This document shows positions 26,105 through 33,810 of a DNA stretch of 43,164 bases, in pieces. Every line of letters begins with the position of its first letter. The stretch's first letter is position 1. A program made the position numbers and the translations under genes. The stretch is from a virus. The notes beneath the pieces were generated by a model, which was given only the letters and a program-made list of their open reading frames with translations, searched no databases and was not told the origin of the DNA. The stretch is from IMG/VR virus record IMGVR_UViG_3300006409_000042; one strand, written 5' to 3'.

Positions 26105-26581
26105 ATGCCAACTCAAGAGGAGGTTTTACAAGCCATACAAGAAATGGGTTGCGCAACATACAAGCAACTCAAAGAGCGATTCAACTTGCAATATAAAGGC
26201 AACAGCAACTTACCTCAAAGAATTAAAGCATTGCGAAAGCGCGACTTGATTGCAATCGCGAGGTTTGGTGGTAAAACGATCTTTCTGCCCAAGGAGTTCG
26301 AGTGCACGATAAGCGAGGCTGAACAAATATTGCTCGAAATGGGCTTCAAGAAGAGGAAGCCAGGGATGCAGAAGGGAGCAAGGATAATAAAGGAGGAATC
26401 TATGCTTAAATTGCTCAACGAAATCAGGAGCAACAAGTTAATAAGCATCTGGCAGCTTAAGTGCAAGCTCAATTGGAACAACAACACCTTGAAAAAATAT
26501 TTGGATGTACTCGTGAAGCGTGGCTACATATTTGAAATAAGAGTTGGTGGGCTCCGGCTCTTCACGACATCCCTTCTTTAG
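26105..26581 (+). CDS. Tandem winged-helix DNA-binding protein, 158 aa
   Basis: Two wHTH-like halves (ATYKQLKERF...IKALRKRDLI; SIWQLKCKLNWNNNTLKKYLDVLVKRGYI). Confidence 0.75.
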   Translation: MPTQEEVLQAIQEMGCATYKQLKERFNLQYKGNSNLPQRIKALRKRDLIAIARFGGKTIFLPKEFECTISEAEQILLEMGFKKRKPGMQKGARIIKEESMLKLLNEIRSNKLISIWQLKCKLNWNNNTLKKYLDVLVKRGYIFEIRVGGLRLFTTSLL

Positions 26582-26738
26582 GTCTTTTTTAAAACAGCCC
26601 ATACGCATGGGCCATTTTCAGCGCGATATATTTCTTAGCTTAATTTCATAAAAATTAGACACTTGATATTTTTGAAAATGGAGCGAAGAGAGTAACTTTT
26701 TTGTCATTTATAAAGTCTCCTCGTTGTTGTCTTCGGGC

Positions 26739-26750
26739 TTTTAAAGTCTA
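26739..26750 (+). promoter_or_regulatory. Late promoter motif (membrane genes); variant copy TTTATAAAGTCT at 26707
   Basis: TTTTAAAGTCTA; ATG at 26768. Confidence 0.75.
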
Positions 26751-26767
26751 TTATTGCATGACCCCTC

Positions 26768-26995
26768 ATGAAGCCACTACAACCAGAATCGTTGTTGCAA
26801 AAAGCGGAGCTAAAAGCAATCGTGACACTGATTATCTTGCTGACATTCCTTGTGAGCTATGCGTATTTGCTTAAAGTTGCAAAAATAGAGGTCTCGATAG
26901 ACACGGACACTTTCAAGCTCCTCTTGCAGACTTTGCTAACATTGCTTAGCGTGGCTGTTGGGGGTTGGCTGTTCAAGGGGAGGGAGGAGAAATGA
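26768..26995 (+). CDS. Two-TM membrane protein (holin-like candidate), 75 aa
   Basis: Two hydrophobic helices, charged C-terminus. Confidence 0.7.
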   Translation: MKPLQPESLLQKAELKAIVTLIILLTFLVSYAYLLKVAKIEVSIDTDTFKLLLQTLLTLLSVAVGGWLFKGREEK

Positions 26996-27282
26996 TGGTT
27001 AATGTGTTCGATGACCGCAAAGGATCGGTAGCACACATACTCGCTGGTGGCGTGACAAAATTCGTTCCAGCGATGTTCGTAATTTTTGTCGCCTACGAGT
27101 TCATAGAGCACGTTTATCTCAAAGGCAAAGAACGAGAAGCGAACTTTCTTGGAGATTTCTTCGAGTATTCATTCGGAGCAATGCTTATGATGGTGCTCTT
27201 CGACCTCCTTGGCTGCATTGGTGTTGTTGTGTTCATGGCTTTCGTTGCTGGACTTTGGTACATCATGGGTAAGTGGAGATGA
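26992..27282 (+). CDS. Multi-TM membrane protein, 96 aa
   Basis: GGAGGA SD, ATG 26992; hydrophobic segments. Confidence 0.7.
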   Translation: MMVNVFDDRKGSVAHILAGGVTKFVPAMFVIFVAYEFIEHVYLKGKEREANFLGDFFEYSFGAMLMMVLFDLLGCIGVVVFMAFVAGLWYIMGKWR

Positions 27283-27404
27283 AATTGATAATTTTGGTTC
27301 CACGTGAAGGATACATCGAAGTAATAGAAGTTGGTGATGAGCTGAAAATAAGGAAGCTGCCAAGGAGCTATGACTTCAATCAGCTCAAGGAGGGGTGGGG
27401 TTGA
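27279..27404 (+). CDS. Small hypothetical protein, 41 aa
   Basis: MKLIILVPREGYIEVIEVGDELKIRKLPRSYDFNQLKEGWG; ATGA overlap, fills the gap. Confidence 0.55.
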   Translation: MKLIILVPREGYIEVIEVGDELKIRKLPRSYDFNQLKEGWG

Positions 27405-27712
27405 GTTTCGCGAAAATCCTGGAAAAGAAGGGAATCGATGTAACGCTGATCAAAGTATTCGAGCAAGATATTGATGGATATTTGGAGGAATCAGAGCAAG
27501 TGGAAACTATTAGGGCTGTAATTTTGCCACTTAAATCCGAAGAGTTGAGATTCTGGCAAGAGGCTGGAATAACTAAGGCATCGATGAAGGCTTATGTCGA
27601 TGTCGAGCTTGAAATTGGCTGGCAGATGGAGATAGATGGCAAGCGCTACATTATAAGAGCTTACGAGAATTACCAATCGTACAGAAAAGCAATTCTCGAG
27701 GAGGCAGTATGA
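27395..27712 (+). CDS. Head closure (SPP1 gp16-like) protein, 105 aa
   Basis: Synteny; beta-rich ...IGWQMEIDGKRYII. Confidence 0.7.
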   Translation: MGLSFAKILEKKGIDVTLIKVFEQDIDGYLEESEQVETIRAVILPLKSEELRFWQEAGITKASMKAYVDVELEIGWQMEIDGKRYIIRAYENYQSYRKAILEEAV

Positions 27713-28146
27713 TTCGAATTAGGGACATTGACAAGACACCAGACTTGCTAAAAGCCTTGGAAGATGAGAAGGAGAGAATACTGAGTTTAGTCGGGGCATT
27801 CCTTGAAGATCAGATAAAAAAGACAATATCTCATGGTAGAGCTGAATGGCCACCACTCAGCCCAGAAACGATTAAACGCAAAGGCTCATCTAAACCATTG
27901 CTCGACACTGGACATCTTAGAGACTCAATCACCCATAAGGTTGAGGGAAATGCTGTAAAGGTCGGAGTCTTTGGTGAAGAAGCTATAATCGCAGCTGTTC
28001 ACGAATTCGGAACTACGAGAGCTGGAAGAGGGCATAAGGTTGTCATCCCAGCCCGTCCATTCATAAGACCTACGTTTGATGAGAACATCCAAGAAGTTGA
28101 GAAGATCGTTGGCAGAGAAGTTGAAAAAGTCATAAGGAGGCTTTAA
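27709..28146 (+). CDS. Virion morphogenesis/tail completion protein (Mu gpG-like), 145 aa
   Basis: WPPLSPETIKRKGSSKPLLDTGHL, AAVHEFG, IPARPF. Confidence 0.88.
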   Translation: MIRIRDIDKTPDLLKALEDEKERILSLVGAFLEDQIKKTISHGRAEWPPLSPETIKRKGSSKPLLDTGHLRDSITHKVEGNAVKVGVFGEEAIIAAVHEFGTTRAGRGHKVVIPARPFIRPTFDENIQEVEKIVGREVEKVIRRL

Positions 28147-28149
28147 ACC

Positions 28150-28647
28150 ATGCTCGAAACGAAAATCTGGCAGGAGCTCTACAATTCAATCCCAAAGCAA
28201 GTTGAGATTGATGGAAACATAGTTGATGTTAAAATTTACAGGGCTAAGCAAAAAATCAAGCCATCTTACCCCATGGTCCTGGTAAACTTTTTGGATCCAG
28301 TGGTGGATCTGAACACTCCATTAAACCATGTTTTCAAGGTGGAACTTTCAAACGAGAGCGTGAAGTACACGAAGGGTGTCGTGCTGAGACAATCTATCGA
28401 CTTGAGCATATACGATAGAAGTGTGAAGAGGATAGCAAAACTTCAAGAGATCTATTATTTGTGGGCCCTCAAACTCAAACTCACGGATGTGACAATATCG
28501 CGAGTTTTGCCACCGAGAAATTTGGACTTTGTTGAGAGTGGGTACATTTATAGGAGAGCAATCGAGATTGTTTGCAAGTACAGTGTTACGTGGGAGGAAC
28601 TCGTGGGGATGATAAAGGAAGTGGAATTCTCAATAGACACCCAATAA
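28150..28647 (+). CDS. Tail terminator/neck protein (putative), 165 aa
   Basis: Synteny between neck genes and sheath. Confidence 0.6.
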   Translation: MLETKIWQELYNSIPKQVEIDGNIVDVKIYRAKQKIKPSYPMVLVNFLDPVVDLNTPLNHVFKVELSNESVKYTKGVVLRQSIDLSIYDRSVKRIAKLQEIYYLWALKLKLTDVTISRVLPPRNLDFVESGYIYRRAIEIVCKYSVTWEELVGMIKEVEFSIDTQ

Positions 28648-28654
28648 ACCCCTT

Positions 28655-28664
28655 TTTTAAAGTC
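28655..28664 (+). promoter_or_regulatory. Late promoter motif
   Basis: TTTTAAAGTC; AAGTC 25 nt before ATG 28685. Confidence 0.7.
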
Positions 28665-28684
28665 ATTTTTCTTAAGAACCCCCA

Positions 28685-28909
28685 ATGTTTGGTTTCCTCG
28701 GAGAGTTCGAAGACAGGGTGGATGTTGCCAGGACATCGTCCACTCTGCTCAATGTAGCAACGCACTTCTTAGTCGTTCCATCGAAGAAGCGCATCTATGT
28801 TTGGTGCAGATCCAAGGATGTTGAGAAAGTCAAGAAGATATTTGGCAGAGAGCTCATCGAAGTGAAGGAGTTGAAGGGAGACATGAGGTTAGTCGTAGGA
28901 ACGTACTGA
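28685..28909 (+). CDS. Hypothetical protein, 74 aa
   Basis: Preceded by the promoter motif at canonical spacing. Confidence 0.7.
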   Translation: MFGFLGEFEDRVDVARTSSTLLNVATHFLVVPSKKRIYVWCRSKDVEKVKKIFGRELIEVKELKGDMRLVVGTY

Positions 28910-28949
28910 TGTACTTGGTTTGCATGTTGGAGCTCAATGGAGGGAGTGG

Positions 28950-29285
28950 ATGCTGAAGTTGCTGAAGAGATTGTTGGGGCTCGAAAAGATTTGGGTGCGA
29001 AGGGAACGCTATAGTTGCGTGGATTGTTGCGTTGTTGAGGCGAAAAGATGTTATTTGAAAAACTTAGGATTCGACGAACAAACATTCAGTCAAGAACTCG
29101 CAAGGGAACTCGGAACTAATATGATTAATACGTTTTGGATCGATCACAATACGAGAGGCGTTAAAGTCTCGATATCAACTTATCCATACTTGAATTACGA
29201 TCCAATTTGCTATGTTTTCGGATTTGAAGAAGGTGAAGTGGAGGAGGCCCTTAAGAGGGTAGCATCTCGAAGCCCCGTGGTGTAG
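28950..29285 (+). CDS. Hypothetical protein, ~111 aa; last 5 codons overlap the tRNA
   Basis: GGAGGG SD before ATG 28950; stop TAG at 29283-29285 lies in the tRNA D-arm. Confidence 0.6.
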   Translation: MLKLLKRLLGLEKIWVRRERYSCVDCCVVEAKRCYLKNLGFDEQTFSQELARELGTNMINTFWIDHNTRGVKVSISTYPYLNYDPICYVFGFEEGEVEEALKRVASRSPVV

Positions 29286-29482
29286 TGGCAATCATGCCAG
29301 GCTTTGGAGCCCCCCACAATGTACCAGTGCAAGCAGCGAGTTTGGGTATGCGAGTAGGAGTAACTTGGTTGACGAAAGTTTAGTGACACCCGCAATGACA
29401 AACTAAGGCGAGCAGAATACCCTTATTACAACTTGGGGGGCGAAGAAACCTGGCGACCCCCGTTCGAATCGGGGCGGGGCTA
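29271..29482 (+). tRNA. trnQ: tRNA-Gln(UUG) with 140-nt intron (29308..29447) at canonical position 37/38
   Basis: Acceptor AGCCCCG/CGGGGCT+A73; D-arm GTGT..TCAT; anticodon stem CCAGG/CCTGG, loop CT-TTG-G|A; T-arm CCCCG-TTCGAAT-CGGGG; full BHB: bulge GG|A, helix CTTT/GAAG, bulge AA|A, outer helix GCCCCC/GGGGGC. CCA not encoded. Confidence 0.93.
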
Positions 29483-29489
29483 TTCCATT

Positions 29490-29501
29490 TTTTAAAGTCT
29501 A
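29490..29501 (+). promoter_or_regulatory. Late promoter motif (sheath/tube); preceding T-run may also terminate the tRNA
   Basis: TTTTAAAGTCTA right after the tRNA; sheath TTG 29544 has its own GAGGTGA SD. Confidence 0.7.
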
Positions 29502-29543
29502 TTTTCAGCCATGAAACCATGAATGGAAAAGAGGTGATCGAAA

Positions 29544-30611
29544 TTGCCGAGTCTTAGTTCAGCGATCAAAATAAACATAAGGGATGCCACAGCAGCTATT
29601 CCAGGGCCAGCCTATGGAAAGCCCATTGTCATCGGCGAAGATCCAAACAAACTTGATTTGTTCAATCAAGTGAAAAATTACTATAGCCAAAGTGATGTCG
29701 AAAATGACTTCGGAGCCGACTCACCGATAGCCAAAGCAACAGCCAAGGCTTTCATGCAAGGAATTTCGGAGATAAAGGTAGTCAATGTGATGAAGGACGA
29801 TGGCGCTGGAAATGCTGTTGCAGATTACGATACTGTTCTTGCCGATCTCGCTGAGAGGGCCGAGTACGACATAATAATTCCGACAATTGGTGCTGGAGAT
29901 ACAAACACTCAAAAACTCGTTGATCACGCGGGAGTGTACAATAAGCTCCTGATCCTCCCCTTCATAGGTTCGGTTGCTGATGCTCAAACAACTTTCGCAG
30001 CTCTAACAGCTAACGAGTTTGTCTACGCCATAGCCTACGATGCACTGACAGAGGGAGAGGTCGCTGGAGCTGTTGGAGGCGTAGTTGCAACGCTTAAACC
30101 TTGGCAAACCCCAGAATGGGTTGTCGTGCAAGGAGTGAATCCAGCGAGCTACAAGGACAGCGAAGTGGATCAGCTCGAGACGAACAACATAGCGACAATA
30201 ACAGAAGTCGCTAAGGCTGTACTTTCTAACGCTCGAACATTGGATGGAGGGAGAGTTTACATTTCCAGAAGTAAGATCTACCTTGCCGAAGTAATCAAAA
30301 CAGAGCTCGTGAACTTGAAGCTCAAGCTTAACAACATGGGTAAAGCCATACCATTCACACCATCTGGATTGCAAGTGGTCAAGTCAACCATAGAGAAAGT
30401 TTTGAGAGTGCAGCAATCCCTTGGAGTTCTAAAGCCCGATTGGACCGATGCCGATGGAAACTTGCACAGAGGTTTCGAAGTGACAGTTCCAGCCTACGAG
30501 GACATCTCCGATGCTGACAAGGCTAATGGCGTTCTAAAAAATGTCTCGGTTACAGCCTACTTGATGAACTATGTCGAGAAGATCGAGCTCGATCTCGTTA
30601 TAACTCTGTGA
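29544..30611 (+). CDS. Contractile tail sheath protein (DUF3383-like), 355 aa
   Basis: PAYGKPIVIG..YYSQSDVENDFGADSPIAKA, IPFTPSGLQVVKSTIEKVL; followed by tube. Confidence 0.85.
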   Translation: MPSLSSAIKINIRDATAAIPGPAYGKPIVIGEDPNKLDLFNQVKNYYSQSDVENDFGADSPIAKATAKAFMQGISEIKVVNVMKDDGAGNAVADYDTVLADLAERAEYDIIIPTIGAGDTNTQKLVDHAGVYNKLLILPFIGSVADAQTTFAALTANEFVYAIAYDALTEGEVAGAVGGVVATLKPWQTPEWVVVQGVNPASYKDSEVDQLETNNIATITEVAKAVLSNARTLDGGRVYISRSKIYLAEVIKTELVNLKLKLNNMGKAIPFTPSGLQVVKSTIEKVLRVQQSLGVLKPDWTDADGNLHRGFEVTVPAYEDISDADKANGVLKNVSVTAYLMNYVEKIELDLVITL

Positions 30612-30621
30612 GGTGATGTAG

Positions 30622-31023
30622 ATGGCGACCGAGCAATACAGTATTGAGGACATCAAGGTTTTCGTGGATGGAGTTGAGCTCGATGGGCTTAAAGAGCTCG
30701 GAATAACCCCCAAAGACAAGGACAATGTCAAGCCAATCAAGGATTGGGCTGACAGGACAAAGGGATGGGCAATTAAGAAGAACACCGATGCTGAGGGCTC
30801 TATAACATTGCTTATGTCTGCCGAGGCGAACACACATCTTATGGAGATTGCGGAGAGCAAGAGGCCAGTACAAGTCGTAATAGTTTCGGAGAACGTGGAG
30901 CAAACGAGATGGAGCAAGATAACGATTGATCAGTGCCACTTCTTCTTGCCAGAGGTTAAGCCAGATCCAGAGGAGCCCAAGCTGACTTGGGAGTTCATAG
31001 GAACGAATTACAAGAAAGAGTAA
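30622..31023 (+). CDS. Tail tube protein, 133 aa
   Basis: YSIEDIKVFVDG..., GSITLL; position after sheath. Confidence 0.8.
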   Translation: MATEQYSIEDIKVFVDGVELDGLKELGITPKDKDNVKPIKDWADRTKGWAIKKNTDAEGSITLLMSAEANTHLMEIAESKRPVQVVIVSENVEQTRWSKITIDQCHFFLPEVKPDPEEPKLTWEFIGTNYKKE

Positions 31024-31040
31024 AAATCCATTTATCTCAT

Positions 31041-31051
31041 TTTTAAAGTCT
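31041..31051 (+). promoter_or_regulatory. Late promoter motif (tail chaperone)
   Basis: TTTTAAAGTCT; ATG at 31070. Confidence 0.75.
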
Positions 31052-31069
31052 TTTTCTTAAGAAGCTTGC

Positions 31070-31333
31070 ATGGAAGTGAAGATTGGTGATAAGGTTTACG
31101 AACTCGAAAAGCCAAGTGGCTACAAGCTTTTGAAGGCTGTAGGTGAAGACAAGGATCCAGCCGACATAACCAGGGATCTGATTTTGCTTACTGTCAAAGA
31201 ACCAAAGCTGACGAAGAAGGATGTTGAGGAAATGGATCCTGAAACTTTCTTCACGCTCGGTGCCAAGATAAACGAATTGATTGGAGAGGACCTAAAAAAA
31301 TTGGAAGTGTTGAGGAAATCGAGCGAGAAGTGA
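31070..31333 (+). CDS. Tail assembly chaperone, 87 aa
   Basis: After tube; small acidic protein with slippery site near the 3' end. Confidence 0.8.
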   Translation: MEVKIGDKVYELEKPSGYKLLKAVGEDKDPADITRDLILLTVKEPKLTKKDVEEMDPETFFTLGAKINELIGEDLKKLEVLRKSSEK

Positions 31334-31512
31334 GGGAAGAGCTCGGGCTTTATGTGATCGCAAAAGAGTTGTGCGTGGACATTGAAGAGGTTAAGAGTTG
31401 GAGTGTTGACAAGATCATAAGGTGGTCCATAGCTCTCAAGCTTATGGGGCAAGAGGCTAAGAAGCAAGTTGAACAACCGCAACGAAAAGAGCATTTAATT
31501 GTCTTTCGATAG
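31294..31512 (+). CDS. -1 frameshift extension of the tail assembly chaperone (gpGT-like)
   Basis: A AAA AAA (31294-31300) in correct phase; -1 frame open 31300..31512 (IGSVEEIEREVREELGLY...). Confidence 0.75.
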   Translation, partial: KKIGSVEEIEREVREELGLYVIAKELCVDIEEVKSWSVDKIIRWSIALKLMGQEAKKQVEQPQRKEHLIVFR

Positions 31513-31542
31513 CTTTTTATTTTTGATTTTAAATTTTGATTT

Positions 31543-32922
31543 GTGTCGATCAAGAAAAAGGTTGCAATTCTAAAAAAGCTCACGAAGAACGAGCTCGTTG
31601 AGATTTGCAAGAATTATGGTATCAAAGGCTATTCGGGCTTGAGTCAAGCTAAATTGGCAGAGCACATAGCGAAGAATTGCAACTTGAGTTTAGAGGAACT
31701 CGAAAACCTCGCCAACTCATTCATCGAACAAAGGTTGGTGGCGAAAGTCAACGATGCCAGAGATCATTTCTTGCTGAAGAAAGTTCAGATCGAGCACTTC
31801 AGCGATGACATGGTGATTGCCGATGTCGCTGGCTACAGAGTAAAGATATCCAATCTTGGTAAAGAGGATTTCTCTTACTCTTGCGACGAGAAGTGTGCCG
31901 ATTATGTTTACCAAGTTAGGAAGGGGAGATATCCATTTTGCAAGCACTATCCAGCTGTTCTTGCAGAGTTGGTGTATCAAGGACTGGTAGATTCGAGCAA
32001 GCTGAACAACATTACAGGCAGAGTTCTCGAAGCCTTGCTGAATTTGGTTGAGGAGAGAAAGAAAGAAGAGGGTTTGCTGAAACCAGTTGGGAGAGACATC
32101 GAGAACAGCTTGAGGCAGGTTGTCGAGGATTATGTTGAAATTTCGAGACAGAACTCAAAAGTTGCAAGAGAAAAGTATCACAGTCCTCCAGAGAAGGTCT
32201 TCGAGATTCTTACAGAGCAAGCTTTCCAGCTTCTTGAGTTCGACACTATTGTAAGGACCAAAGAGTCTGGATGGGATCTACTTGTCATTGGCACGCATGC
32301 AACCCCACCATACATCGCTGTCATCGAATGCAAAACAGCAACAAGCGGAGTTTACGATTACATAACGAGAAATCCAGACTACTTGATCAAGCTGAAAACG
32401 TATTGTATAGATTTGGTCAAGGAAAAGTTGTTGGGGGTATACAAAGATTACGTTCGCTACATGGTTGTAGTTGGTCCAGACTTCCCTGTAGATATCGAGA
32501 GGTTCACAATGCAGTTCAGACACATGACTGGCGGAATTAAGCTCTCTTTCTTACCAGCACAAACGCTCGTGTACTTGGTGAAGAAATACAGAGAGAACCC
32601 TATTTTAACGCACGACTTGCTCGCAATGCTCTTCGAGTCGGAGAAAATCATCAGAAAGGAGGATGTTGACAGGCTTTTTGAGGAGGCTGACAGGAGAATA
32701 GAGAGCTTAATCGAGATTGCAAGGCAGAGGCTGAGGGAGCGGTTTAGAGAGTTTGCTGCCAGAACAGCCGATGCTTGCTTTGTCAAGATGGATGAAATTT
32801 TACTTCAAACACTCATTTACGATGTATTGAACGCTTTGCAACCTGACTTGGTCAAGATGGGGAAGAAGAGCACAACAGGTGTCACGACAATCCACTTGAA
32901 ACACGATTACTTCAAAATTTAG
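31543..32922 (+). CDS. HeH/Rho-N + SWIM Zn-finger + PD-(D/E)xK endonuclease-like protein, 459 aa (frame continues past the TAG to 33042)
   Basis: KKLTKNELVEICKNYGIKGYSGLSQAKL; SCDEKC...FCKH; FEILTEQAF...GWDLLV...VIECKT. Confidence 0.7.
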   Translation: MSIKKKVAILKKLTKNELVEICKNYGIKGYSGLSQAKLAEHIAKNCNLSLEELENLANSFIEQRLVAKVNDARDHFLLKKVQIEHFSDDMVIADVAGYRVKISNLGKEDFSYSCDEKCADYVYQVRKGRYPFCKHYPAVLAELVYQGLVDSSKLNNITGRVLEALLNLVEERKKEEGLLKPVGRDIENSLRQVVEDYVEISRQNSKVAREKYHSPPEKVFEILTEQAFQLLEFDTIVRTKESGWDLLVIGTHATPPYIAVIECKTATSGVYDYITRNPDYLIKLKTYCIDLVKEKLLGVYKDYVRYMVVVGPDFPVDIERFTMQFRHMTGGIKLSFLPAQTLVYLVKKYRENPILTHDLLAMLFESEKIIRKEDVDRLFEEADRRIESLIEIARQRLRERFREFAARTADACFVKMDEILLQTLIYDVLNALQPDLVKMGKKSTTGVTTIHLKHDYFKI

Positions 32923-33156
32923 GAGAAAGTTCTGAATGGATTGGTTGAGGAATTCGTTCGATTGCTTGAGGAGGAATCCAATGTCCAACAAAAGCGGACT
33001 GAATTGAAAGAAGATTTGATAAAGTTCCTTGAGCTTCGTTAATTTTTTATTACCTCAAAATTTCTTGGATCATTGGCAATCGCTTGGCAATCACATTGAT
33101 GTTACAATCTTTTTCTTGGGCGTTCCACCACATACACTCTTCTTTAAGGTGGTAGA

Positions 33157-33558
33157 CTATTTATCCATGTCTGGGATAATTGTGCACCTACACATCAAGT
33201 GGAGTGGCGGTAGTGGAGCGTTCTTATCTCCGATTTTAAATGATTTCTCATGTAGCTCCCTGCATTTGTCGCATGTAGCTTCATCATCCGTTGAGAGCCA
33301 CTTGTAGCGCTTAACTCCAGCCTCTTTGTAGCGTTCGAGTGTGGCTTTGTTTGCTTCAACCGAGCGAGTATAATCTTCTATCAATTTGTTCGCCTTCTTC
33401 TTGACAGAATCGTATCCATATCTGCTTGCGTGGGAGATCATGTGCGCTATTGCCGTGTTTATGGCTTCTTCGACACTTGAGAAAATCCCTTCTTTTACGA
33501 GTTCCTCTAAATACTCATATACGACTTGCGGAAGTTGAATTTTCTTGAGTTCGCTCAT
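33157..33558 (-). CDS. Ribbon-helix-helix (CopG-like) domain fused to a MuF C-terminal Cys/His domain, 133 aa
   Basis: KKIQLPQVVYEYLEELVKEGIFSSVEEAINTAI; RYKEAGVKRYKWLSTDDEATCDKC...PPLHLMCRCTIIP. Confidence 0.75.
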   Translation of the reverse strand: MSELKKIQLPQVVYEYLEELVKEGIFSSVEEAINTAIAHMISHASRYGYDSVKKKANKLIEDYTRSVEANKATLERYKEAGVKRYKWLSTDDEATCDKCRELHEKSFKIGDKNAPLPPLHLMCRCTIIPDMDK

Positions 33559-33559
33559 A

Positions 33560-33748
33560 TTATCGCAATATTTCTTGGATAACTGGCAAGCGTTTTGCTA
33601 TCACGTTGATGTTACAGTCTTGTTCTTCGGGGTTCCAGAGCATGCACTTTTCTTTAAGACATTTAGCTAATTTAATAGACGATGTTTCGCCTCCAACCCA
33701 CTCGAAGTAAAATGGACATATCTTAGCATTTTCAGAATTTTGGTCCAT
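33560..33748 (-). CDS. Small Cys-rich protein, 62 aa
   Basis: ICPFY...CLKEKCMLW...DC; AAGATG start; operon with the RHH-MuF gene. Confidence 0.65.
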   Translation of the reverse strand: MDQNSENAKICPFYFEWVGGETSSIKLAKCLKEKCMLWNPEEQDCNINVIAKRLPVIQEILR

Positions 33749-33780
33749 CTTTTTCTTCCCACCGAATAGCATATTTTCTT

Positions 33781-33792
33781 TTTTAAAGTCTA
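33781..33792 (+). promoter_or_regulatory. Late promoter motif (tape measure)
   Basis: TTTTAAAGTCTA; AAGTC 25 nt before ATG 33811. Confidence 0.78.
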
Positions 33793-33810
33793 TCAAATTT
33801 TAGTTTTTCG

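Noticed and set aside
26585-26612. TTTTTTAAAA followed by hairpin GCCCAT-ACGC-ATGGGC in the 186-bp intergenic gap
   Set aside because: A 6-bp stem alone is too weak to call an sRNA or terminator.
29308-29447. C/D-box or H/ACA guide RNA inside the tRNA intron
   Set aside because: No CTGA D box; only degenerate C-like motifs; ACA at 29428 is ~20 nt from the upper stem rather than 14-16. Left open for Infernal, not called.
29271-29482. tRNA as an attP/prophage junction
   Set aside because: Gene is complete, flanked by viral genes on both sides, and no integrase was recognised.
32920-32922. Pyrrolysine readthrough of the amber codon
   Set aside because: No pyl genes or tRNA-Pyl in the genome, and the inferred host group is not known to me to use Pyl; nonsense mutation or error is simpler.
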